Part shown: positions 10,821 through 22,800 of the stretch, in pieces
How positions within the stretch are numbered: the stretch's first letter is position 1
Layout of the letters: each line of letters opens with the position of its first letter
Origin: Glaucostegus cemiculus
Lineage: Eukaryota
Assembly: GCA_976551045.1 (NCBI GenBank)
Contig: CDPCPM010000050.1
Location: 12,152,001-12,216,000 of the forward strand
Direction of reading: 5' to 3'
Length of the DNA stretch: 64,000 nt
Notes under the pieces: generated by a model
Databases searched by the model: none
The model's input: the letters and a program-made list of their open reading frames with translations, nothing else
Told to the model about the DNA's origin: nothing
Program-made: the position numbers and the translations under genes

Positions 10821-13800
10821 AATTGTTTACATGCAGGGAGACAGTTTGCTTCTCTTCTCTCCCCCCTCTCCCTCTCCTCCTCCCCCCTCTCCCCCTCTCC
10901 CCCCCTCCCTCCCTCCTCCCCTCTCCCCCCTCTCCCCCCCTCCTCCCCTCTCCCCCCTCTCCCCCCCTCCCCCCTCTCCCCCCCCTCCCCCCCTCCCCCC
11001 CTCCCCCCCTCCCCCCCTCTCCCCCTCTCCTCTCCCCCTTCCCCCCCCCTCTCCTCTCCCCCTTCCCCCCCCCCTCCTCTCCCCCTTCCCCCCCCTCTCC
11101 TCTCCCCCTTCCCCCCCCCTCCTCTCCCCCTTCCCCCCTCTCCTCTCCCCCTTCCCCCCTCTCCTCTCCCCCTTCCCCCCCCCTCTCCTCTCCCCCTTCC
11201 CCCCCCCTCTCCTCTCCCCCTTCCCCCCCCCTCTCCTCTCCCCCTTCCCCCCCCTCTCCTCTCCCCCTTCCCCCCCCCTCTCCTCTCCCCCTTCCCCCCC
11301 CTCTCCTCTCCCCCTTCCCCCCCCTCTCCTCTCCCCCTTCCCCCCCCTCTCCTCTCCCCCTTCCCCCCCCCTCTCCTCTCCCCTTCCCCCCCCTCTCCTC
11401 TCCCCCTTCCCCCCCACTCTCCTCTCCCCCTTCCCCCCCCCTCTCCTCTCCCCCTTCCCCCCCCCTCTCCTCTCCCCCTTCCCCCCCCTCTCCTCTCCCC
11501 CTTCCCCCCCCTCTCCTCTCCCCCTTCCCCCCCCCTCTCCTCTCCCCCTTCCCCCCCCTCTCCTCTCCCCCTTCCCCCCCCCTCTCCTCTCCCCCTTCCC
11601 CCCCCCTCTCCTCTCCCCCTTCCCCCCCCTCTCCTCTCCCCCTTCCCCCCCCTCTCCTCTCCCCCTTCCCCCCCCTCTCCTCTCCCCCTTCCCCCCCCCT
11701 CTCCTCTCCCCCTTCCCCCCCCCTCTCCTCTCCCCCTTCCCCCCCCCTCTCCTCTCCCCCTTCCCCCCCTCTCCTCTCCCCCTTCCCCCCCCCTCTCCTC
11801 TCCCCCTTCCCCCCCCTCTCCTCTCCCCCTTCCCCCCCCTCTCCTCTCCCCCTTCCCCCCCCCTCTCCTCTCCCCCTTCCCCCCCCCTCTCCTCTCCCCT
11901 TCCCCCCCCCTCTCCTCTCCCCTTCCCCCCCCCTCTCCTCTCCCCCGTGTTTGGAAGGGGCTTTCAAACATGCGAGGTATTCTCTGCTACGTCCCCCACT
12001 TGATGGTTACTGACACCCAAGGCTCGCTGGTGAGCGAGCACAGGGGGCTTCACAAGTGGGCAGAGACCGGAGCTCCCCACACACAGTTCCCACGTTACCG
12101 GCCTGTGACCGGGGAAGCTGGCTGAATTCCCGCCATCAATGAAGAGGAATTCCCCACAGCTACTGTGCTCAGCTGAATGCATACAACAACCTGAGCCCAC
12201 TGCTCTGTTAGGTTCACTCGCTATTCAAACTCTCACAGCTGCTTCTAATTGGAACACCAACCTGCCCTTTAAATGAAATGCTGTATTTGTTAAAACAGAA
12301 TATACTGGAAATACTTAGATCAGGCAAGGTCCGCAGAGGGCAGAGGGAGCAACAGGATCAACCTTTCATTCGATGATTTTATCAGCCTCTCAGCTCCTGG
12401 GGTGGCTGCAGGACCCCATTCCCCAGGGGTTTTGTTTGCAATGCAACATTAATTGCAGATCATTCCTTGAAATATGATTCTAGATAATTCTGCGGGTGCT
12501 AGTTTTGTTTTCTGCACTTGAACAAACTTCTGGGATTGTCTCCTGTAAAACCAGCATGTATAATCCAGTGAAGCTGTCTGCTCCAAGTATTTTGCTGGGA
12601 TGACTGTTGGAGGAAGTTCCCCCCCTTCCCCCCCTTCCCCCCCTTCCCCCCCCCCCTTCCCTGCCAATTCCACCCATCCCAGGTACTGCCCTGGAGGATC
12701 AGTTTGTCTCCCTCTGAGCTGCAGGCCGGGGCTTGGAGTAGTGGTCTTAGCCACATCCAGATCTTCCAGGGCTGAGGTGTGTGTACTGATGACGCTGATG
12801 TGCTGGGTTTGTGTTATAGCTGAATAGTCTTAAGACCAGAGTCCATGGGACACCAGACCAGCTGATTATTGACAGCAAATCCCACTGGGTGAAGATGGGA
12901 CGCAGTCCCTCCTCTGTGAGCTGGCCATCTGCTGTCGTATCTCACTTGGGCAGCAATACCAATGTCGGCTTCTGAGTTGCTGGGCTACGACGGCAGAGTG
13001 ACGCTCAGCTCTGTCGTTGTTGGGGCTGTCCCTGAGTTTCCTGACATTTCCAGGTCCTGAATTTCATATTGTGGACAAGCGTTGTCTGTGCACCAATTTC
13101 CTTTATCAACAGCTGCCACAGGGACTTCCATTGGTCCCCCCTCCATGAGCTTCCTTTCATCCCTCCCACCCTCAATCCTCACGTCCCTGAATCTCCTTCC
13201 TTTCCTGATCCCTCTTCCTTCCCCCAACCTCTTCCCTCTTCACGCCCTCCCCCTCCCTCTCCCTTGCATGCTGCTGGTTGGCCCTTTCCTTCCCCCCCCC
13301 CCACACAGGGCAAGCCACCCCCCCTGCCTTTTCTCTGGTTCACCAGTCTCCCCCATCAGCCCTTCCCCCCCCCCACCCCACCCAACACCTCCTCATACCC
13401 TCCCTTGCTCGGCAGCCCAATGCTAAACCCAGTGTGCTGCCACTGAGCAGTGTTCCCTCGGGAATGGGCCAGGGCTGCGGTGTGTGGGGCAGCTGATGCC
13501 AGCAGCTTCAAGGCTGGTGGAGGACAGAGTTAGACACAAGGAGGATGGGCCTCCCGAACACTTGTGGGGAGGGCTATCTCGCTCCCCCCCCTTCCTTCTG
13601 CATTCCTTCCCCGTGTGGAGTGAGACAAGGTGTGGAACAAGAGTTTTCCCAGTGTGGCTCACCATATCCACACGGAGCAGGGATCAGGGTTCCTGGGATT
13701 CCCCAGGGATTGGAGAGGCTGGGTCTGGTTTTTTTAGAATAGAGAAGGTTAAGAGAGGGTGTGCTTGAAGCGTATAAAATTATGAGGGGGGTAGATAGTT

Positions 13801-16800
13801 TCCTGCAGTCAATCTATCAGAAGCAGATAAAACTAGAGGGCAGAGATTTAGAAGGGATCTGAGCAGGGCCTTCTTCACCCAGAGAGTGGTGAGTACCTGG
13901 AATGCACTGCCTGAGTGGTGGGAGCAGAGTCGCTGACAGCATTTAAGAAGTGTCTGGATGAGCACTTGAATCACCTGTGGGCCAAGTGCTGGGAAATGGG
14001 ATTTTCCAGATGGGTCCCCACTGGTCAGTGTGGATGTGGTGAGCCACACGGCCTGTTTCCGTGCTGTATGACCCTATGACTCTGTTCTACACCCTGCCTT
14101 ACTCCACTCTCCCAGAGGGAGGTGGCCCTTCGACCACTGACACCGAGCAACACTAACAGCTCCTGCACCCAAAATGTATTGTCTTGGCCCAGTCAGTGAG
14201 AGACATAGCAGTGGCAGTAGTTTCCCACCATCATAACTCTCACCCAGTACTAGGTACTAACAAAAATAACAGCACCATTATAAACTTTGTCCTTCATCTG
14301 AATGCAACAAGCAAATGGTTTTACTTTTTTGGAATTATGCTTTCTTTGTCCATATTCAAGTGAATAATAAAATTAATACATATTACCTAAAAATCTCCCT
14401 AAGTACAGTAGCTGCTCCAAGCCAATTTTAAATCTCATTATTTAACTGCTGACATACAAATGGCAACCTTGCCTTCTTAATTAAAGCCATATTACAGCAA
14501 CTCAACAAATAACCATCATTTAGAAGAGAAAGCCCTCTCTGTAATTAACAAGATAATTATCTATAGACCTCTGAGTCAAACACAGGGTGTTGCTAGCTTT
14601 AGACTTCAGACTGATACAAAAACAGATTGTACAAAAAAAAATTAGGAACTGTAGAATCATCTAGCTTTCATTTTGTTTTTTGTGAACTAAAGCTCTGAAG
14701 TTATCCAGGAGTGTATTGCTGTGTGAAAATTTAACATAGCCCATTGGAAGTGTTTTCTTAGCTGTTTAAACTGACATTTAACATTGTAGATTGAGATTAA
14801 CAAGTGTTGTGGGTCTGTAATTACCCATTTGGTTCTTTGGGTTCTACCATGCTGGGCATTAAGAATGGGTTAGTGTCTCTGTGGCTATGAGGTCTCATTT
14901 GTAGAATTTCATTCTTCCCAGTTTCTTCAGAGCAAATTGAAATCCTCCACAGAAGATTCTTACACCTAACTGATGGGAAGCCTACAATGACGTAAATATA
15001 TTATTTTGGAATATTTTCATCCTAAAACAACCTTTGTATTAGAAATTTGCCCCTGAATGGAGTAGCTACACGTTTACCCAAATACCTATTCACTTTACGT
15101 TTACAGCAGAAGTAGCTTTGATAACGTTCCCGATTTGGACAATAATCCCATTAAGTCAAGAATCGTCAATGCATTTTTTGATGGGAGGTAAGTATTCAAC
15201 TTTTTCAAATAATATTTTTTATATATTGCTGCACAATGCAACTTGGTGGGTTGGCCCAATTTGCTTTCATTAGGTTACAAATCTAACTCAGATTAATGGA
15301 ATGGAAGTCTCCCTAACCTCCTAGGTACTTTTGAGCAAACTCTTAATTGCTTTGAAAATGTGTGAGTACACAGAATAAAATTGGAGATCTAATAGAGACG
15401 ACAGAAGTTGCTGGTATACAACATGGAAGCAGCACAGAACACAACAGGATGTGGTTTTCGATCTAGGAATTGAAAATGAGATTAATGGGTGCTTAAGTGG
15501 GGAAAATAATGCATTTCCTCAAACAAAAGTCACACAATGGCAAAATGAGATCATAAAATTAAAAATACTTTTAGTCTTTCGATGTGACAATTTCACCCTA
15601 ATTTCTATGTGCATTTTCCTAGAAACCTGGGCTTACAATCAAATGGAAAAGTTGATGAAATCACATTTGAAAACTTCCTGACCACTTTATCATTTTTCCA
15701 ACACATGGATGATAACCATCCAAAGGAGGACTTGGAACACTGCAAAACTGAAAAATTGAAATGTAAGTCTGAACACTTCATATTCTTTGTCAGAATCAGA
15801 ATCAGAATCAGTTTTATTGTCACAACCATATACATACATGGTACGCATAGGAGCGAGATACCGTCCTCCACAGGAACACGTCTCATAGAAAAGAATAACA
15901 TAACAACCAACAGAGAGACACATACACACTTGGCAGAATACACAGTACAAAACATTACTCATTAGTTCTTACATAAATAGATCTTAAAGTGAACGGGCTG
16001 GTGTCAGGCATTTAAAGTGCTGGTGCATTTCTGTGCACCTAGCATCTCCTAGTGTTAACAAAGGAAGATGGAGGGATGAGAGAGTTTGCAGTTCTTATGG
16101 CTTGCGGAAAGAAGCTATTGTTCAGCCTGGACGTTCTTGCCCTGATACATTTAAGCCTCCTCCCTGATGGCAAAATTGTGAAGAGGTGGTGGGAGGGGTG
16201 AGAGGGGTCGGCCATTATGCTTTTTGTCTTCCTCACACAACGGTCTTTGTATATGTCTGCGAGGGATGGAAGCGAGACACCTATGATCCACTCCGCAGCC
16301 TTAACTATCTTCTGGAGGGACTTCCGCCCAGCAGCTGAGCAGCTTCCAAACCAAACAGAGATACATTGAGTTAGGATGCTCTCAATGGTCCCCCTGTAGA
16401 AGGATTTCATGACTGAGGGGTGTGGGTACGCTTTCCTCAGTCTCCGCAGGAAGTAGAGGCGTTTCTGAGCCTTCTTCGTGAGGGCCGTAATGTTAGTGGA
16501 CCAGGTCAGGTCGTCGGTGATGTGCACCCCCAGGAACTTGGTGCTGCGTACTTGTTCCACAGCAGACCCGTTGATGGTCAGCGGAGCGTGCACACGATGA
16601 CCCCTCCTAAAATCCACTATCATCTCCTTGGTTTTATCCACGTTCAAGGAGAGGTTGTTGTCATGGCACCACACAGCTAGTTGGTTCACCTCCTCTCTAT
16701 AGTCCGACTCATCGTCATTCGTAACAAGACCCACCACTGTCGTGTCGTGTCACTTTGTGCACCAGTAATTACGAATTATAAATTTTATGCAGTCATAAAG

Positions 16801-19800
16801 TATTATTAAGCTAGAGAACAAGAAATAAAAAATGCTCAATGAACTAACTTGGTAATCTTCAGACTTCTAGAACTGCTTCATGCCTGCTGATTTGGGCTGC
16901 ATTTTGACTCAGTGATGCATAGCTGTCAACACTGTGATAACAGTAACTTGTACATATGAAACATGCCTCATAGTTAACATGTCAATGTGCAGTGGACGTG
17001 AAGAATTCAAACACACATCCCACAAAACAGTGCTTTCACTAGACACCACACTTGTGTGTCTGTGGCCTTTTCCCTGCTTTATTAAGCTTCATAGAGTCCT
17101 ACAGCACGGAAATAGGCCCTTCGCCCCAACTCATCAGTGCTGAGATACCTATGAACATTTATCCCGTTTTCCTGATTTTAGACCTTATCCCGCTATTCCT
17201 TTCCTATCCATGTACCTGTCCAAACCCAGTGATCACACCTGCCTATACCACCTCCTTTGGCAGCTTGTTCCACATACCCACCACCATGCATGAGAAGCGT
17301 GCCCCTTAGATCTTTAAATATTTCCCCTCTCACCTTAAACCTATGTCCTCTTGTTTTAGACTCGCTGCCCTTGGAAAAAGACAGTGACTATCTTCCCTCA
17401 TCATTTTATAAACCTCTGTAAGGTCAGCCCCAGCCTCTTGCGCTGCAGTGAGAACAATCCCAACCTGTCCAATCCCTCCTTGGAACTGAAGCCTTCCATT
17501 CCAGGCAACATCCCAGTGAATCTCCTCAGTGTTGTTAATGTATTTTCTCACTCGTTCACAATATTCTTGAACACTGTTCATTTCCTTTACAAGTTGGGGT
17601 TCTTTTTATTTATATTTCCTGCGGAGTGTGTTACCTCCCTGGAGATATCAATATGCTTTTGGACATTGTGTACATGGACAGGAGCTGGAGTGGACCAACT
17701 AGCCCCTCAGGCAGTGCCCTGTCATTCAGTCAGATCATGGCTGATCCAGTCTTGACCTCAGTACTACTTTTCCACTCTCTTCATACTGCTTAAAGGTTAA
17801 TTATCTGTAAATCTCTGCCTTGGATATCTTCAATGACTCCACCACTGAATCTTTCTGGTGTAGAGGATTCCAAAGATTCATGACTGCCTGAAAGAAGAAA
17901 TTCCACCTCATCTCCATTTTAAACAATCAACTCCTTTCTCTAACTGTTTTGCTGTTTCCTTCATAATGATGCATTCCAACATTTCCCCAGTGACAGACAT
18001 CAGGCTAACTCACCTATAGCTTTCTACTTTCTGTCTCCTGCCTTTCTGGAACAATGATGTTTTATTCACAGTTTTCCAATCTTTTGAGACCCTTCCAAAT
18101 CAAGGACGTTTTGGTCGATAACAACCAACGTATTGAGTATCTTGACAGCCACTTACTTGCATGCAGGCTAGGGAGCCTTACTACCTTTAGTTTGCCCAAA
18201 ACTTCTTTCCTTATGATGGAGATTAAGGGAAAAGGGATTCAGGATTAATGTTGTAGAACAGCACTGAGATAAAAGATAAGCATGACTCATTGAAATGCCT
18301 GTTTCTGATTCTATTCCTTGCGTTCTTGGGAATAGCAATTGAGGAAAATAGTTGGAAGGAAAGTAGGTTATTTATCACAAAGGAGAGGGCATGTTGGTTT
18401 TATTAAGTCTTCCTCCTGCTGCAGAAATTCTCAGTTCAGTTGTTGCATGTGTGACATTCTTCTTACTCTAAATTTAATGCCATAGCAAGACTGTTTCTGC
18501 CACAATACAGGTAAATGCAGTAAAGTTACTTTGGAGTTTATTTTTAAATTATTTATTTTAATTCAAGTGTGGATTCATTCCTTTATCTTAAGCAAACAAT
18601 GCACCAGTAGTGGTAACGATGCCCACACTTCAATGCTCCCATTTCCCACCAGAACTGGTTAGGTCACACAGGGACTTCCTATGAGAAGGTGGTTAGTTTC
18701 TCCCTGGCCCTGCCTCACATCAGTGGGATTGATAACACAAACTCGGGTGCAGAGTAATGCAGAGAAATGTGCACGTCCAATATTTGTGTGGTACTATCCA
18801 TAAGATCTCCAAACACCATCCCACAGCATCATCGTTTCAACAGTTATTCAGAGTGGCTGCCATATGTTTTACTTTCTACAGAATGACTGGTCACGCTCAT
18901 AACCACAACATGATTCATAGAGTACCTTTTCTTGTTCACTATCAAGCAATAGGAATGCCCAGAAACAAAACAAAGGCCCTTATTTCCTTTGTACACCAGT
19001 TAAAGGAAAATATTACCTACTTCTACATGATTCTCTTCACTTTGGAAGAAGGCTCAATGTGTCTATAATTGGATTGAAATTTAAGTTTTGAACCAATTTT
19101 ATTTAAGTAAAATGGGTAAATGACCAGTAATGGTATAAAAGTGAATCACATATCTTTCTCAACACATAAATTAATAGATCATACTTTGGACTACATATTT
19201 TATTTCTTACAACGTAGAAGGAAGCTATTTGATTCATTGAGTCTGTACCTGCTCTCAGCCCATTCTCATCAGTCCCATTCCCCTGTGACCTGTACTCTAT
19301 CACATGTCCATCAACTCCCCCTAATTCTCCTGACACTCACCTGTACTAAGGGTAATTTACAGTGGCCAAATTAACCCTCTGGCACATCACTGTGATGTGG
19401 GAGGAAACCAAAGCATCCGGCAGAAGCCCACAAGGAGAATGGGCAAAGTCTGGACAGAAATCGTCAGAGTTCGAGATCGCACCTGGAGTAGGAGCACCTA
19501 CTAACAGCACTAGATACTGCAAACAGTCTCTCTAAACACCCGTACTGTAAAACCGAAATTCATTTTGTGCTTTCTGGAGCACAGCATCAGAACTGACCCA
19601 TCTGTGCTGCAGCTGCTGATCCAACTAACTGGAAACTTAGGGCTCTTCCATGGGTTTTATCTAGCCAAATTACTTTGATCCTTAGCAAATGTGATTCCAA
19701 TTCCTCCTGATCATGGAAAAGGCAGTGGAGGGTGGCATATTTCATATTACACTGGAGCAGGTGCCATGCACAGAAGGCTGGATTTCCCTTATAAACTGAT

Positions 19801-22800
19801 AGCAAATCTTTGTCGGTGGCAATGAACTATGTGATTGAATGCAATGACTGTGTACTTTAAATAATTTGTCCCCTGGGTATCCCATTGCACTTGCCTCAGA
19901 CACATACCTTATCCAGCCATTGCAACAAACTTCAGTCACCCAGGGTTGATAGATTTTCTTCTGAAAAGCACCATGTGGCCTTCTTTATTTATCCGTTACA
20001 AGTTGTTTCCTGCAATAAAAAATACAAATTGCAGTTTCAACATGGTCAACGAGATCAATTTTTGATGCAACTGCTCATAAAACAATTTACCTAAAAGTAT
20101 TATCCACAAGGTACATCTTTGGAATATTGCACAAGCTAAAATGTTTGTTTTTTTGTGTGATCAAACAGCTATAAATTGATCGCTGTGTTACTTACTTCTT
20201 TAGAGAAATACACAGATAAATAAAATTTAATCAGGTGAAAACAAATTGATTTGCCCTACTGCACTCCTTCTTGTTGTTCGATATGTTTACCCCGTCCTTA
20301 TTCAAGCAGTATGTTGCAAGGATTTTGCCAGTGCTTGAGTAATGTTGAGTGTGTTAGCTAGCGCAGAGTCTGATTTTTGCAGTGTTGTTCATTGTTCAGC
20401 TGAGATCATAACACTCAAAGTGTGGGATTCACCAAAGGAATCCTCCACTCTATCACTTTGTAACTGAGGGATATTTACCTCAAACACAATGCAAATCATT
20501 TCACTATCCAGGTTTGCAATACAAGTCCTTCCAGGTTACAAACGCCCAACTTATGGAACCCCCTGCATATGAATGAGTGTTTGGGAAACTGGTGGGATGG
20601 GTGGGGGATGGATTTGCCGGTGGCAGCAGGCACCTTCTGCCAGATGTGAATGTGGCATTTCCACATGCCTGCTGTCCTTCCCCACCCCCAGCCTGAGTGG
20701 CAGGTCGGGGGCCTGGGTGGAGCCCAGCAGAGCTGGGAACACTGAGCAAACTCATTCGCTCCCTCACTGGGTCAGTGCGGCCGGCTGGTGGCTGCTCTTT
20801 CCGCACCTGCTGGCTGTCCCGTCTCCGTTCCCGTGGCCCTCTCCCCGTCTCCGTTCCCGTGGCTCTCTCCCCGACTCCATCTTTGTTCATTCCTGACTTA
20901 CGAACAGTTCAGGTTATGAACAGTTCTCAGGATTGGAACCCTGTTGTAACTTGGGGACAGCCTGTAATCTTTTCCCTGTTCAGTCACAAATATCTCTACT
21001 TATTTTTGAATACTTCTCTCTTTTTCAATGAATGGCCTGAAGTGCAGATGATAACTGTAAATTAAGGACAGCAACGTATCGGTTATGGAGCCAGGGAGGA
21101 AAACCTCCTCAAAGTCCGAATTCCTTTATTTGGTTCAATTCTGCCAGGGTTTCTTTCACGATTTTGAGAAATTAAACTGTTGGAATATGTACTTGAAATG
21201 ATCAAATTCCTATTCGTGAAGCCAAACAGAGGGAATTTCTTTCATTACAGAGATGTTGAAAGATATCCAACTGTGATAGTGGCAAAGTCAAAGTAACAGG
21301 CATGGTTGCATGATAAGGTATTGGGAGGGGAATGGGATTTAACAAGGTTGCTCATTTCAGCACATTTTCCACAGGTTTCTATGTTTTTCTCTTCCTTGTG
21401 CAGTGGTAAATCACTGATTTGAAAGGCAGAAAATGTTACAAAGCGGCAATGGAATATAATAAAGAGGAAATATTTAAGAGAATAGGCGTAGCCTCTATAA
21501 TAGACAGAGAACTTCAAGGCTACAGTTGACGGACTGTTGTTATGGATGGATGGTGTATCATTCAGACCAGTTGTAGAGCTTGTATTGGTACCCTCTTTAT
21601 TCAGAAAAGCACAAGCATATAATATGCAAAACAATTTCAAAGATAGTCAAGGATAGCTTGTAATCTCCTCTTCCCTGCCTCTTTTTCATTATCCTCACCA
21701 CATAAGACTCACACCAGGTATGGGATCCAACCAGGACAGGCAATCGTACAGTTCTACACATTAGCATGTGTCAATATTTTCCTTTAATTAGTTCCTGAGG
21801 CTCGGCGTTGCTGGCACGATCAGCATTTATTGCCTGTCACTTGTGCTTGTTGGGGTGGTCCATCTTTCTGAAGCAATTGATAATTCCACAGTTAGATGGT
21901 GAGTTCAGGGGTTTTCAAGATTCAAGATTGCTTTATTGTCATTGAGCCGTTGAGACAACAGAACAACGAGATTTCATTGGCACTCCCATGTCAGACAATA
22001 GGCACAGTACTTCAATATTAAATAAATAGAGAATAAATTAATTTAGAGTTTACACTGTAGGGTTTACTTGATGTATTAGAGGGAGAGAGAAGAAGCGAGA
22101 AAGAACTAGTGCAATCTGTGAAATTTAAAGTTCTTGTTTAAGATTTTCACGGCGTTGGGGAAGGAGCTATTCCTCAATCTGGCCGTGGATGTGTGGAATG
22201 TCCTGAAGTGTTTCCTTGAGGGGAGCAGACTGAAGAGGTGATGGGCCGGGTGGGAAGAGTCCTTAACGATGTTTGTAGCCTTGTTCAGACACCGGGACAC
22301 ACAAATGTCCACCAATGCGGGTAGGCGCACCCCTGTGATCTTCCATGCCGTGTCAATCACCCGCTGTAGGCCTTTCCTCTCTTTGTTGGCCCACCATGGT
22401 AGTACAGTGGGTAAGTTACTGGGCGAGCAGCCATAGTTCATTACCACTGACGCTGAGGCATGATTGCTGATATTGTCACGGCAGCTGGGAAATTTAAATT
22501 AATTAAAGAAGTTCAATAAAATCTGGAATTAAAAAACAGGGTTACTCTTAGTAAAGGTAGCCATGAAGCCACCAGGTTACTGTCAAAACCCATCCAGTAT
22601 AACTTTCTTCAAGGTAGGAAATCTGACATCCTTACGTGGTCTGCCTTGTATGTGAATCTCAGGCCACCAATGTGATGGATTCCTGAACCGTCTCCTTAGT
22701 TGTGGGGTGACTAGGGATGGAGAACCAATGCCAGCATTGCCAGTAATATTCTCTTCCTGTGAATGAATGAATAAAGAAAATGAGTGATGAAACACCAATG

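Noticed and set aside
10856-11946. Regular repeat array resembling CRISPR
   Set aside because: No unique spacers, no cas genes, vertebrate intron context.
10445-12013. Five long Gly/Arg/Glu- or Pro/Ser-rich ORFs (up to 508 aa)
   Set aside because: Artefacts of the stop-free C/T minisatellite; open in multiple frames on both strands.
12600-13500. Pro/Gly-rich short ORFs
   Set aside because: Derived from C-rich low-complexity tracts in TESC intron 1.
16039-16737. 232-aa ORF as a host gene
   Set aside because: C-terminal part of a 5'-truncated LINE reverse transcriptase.
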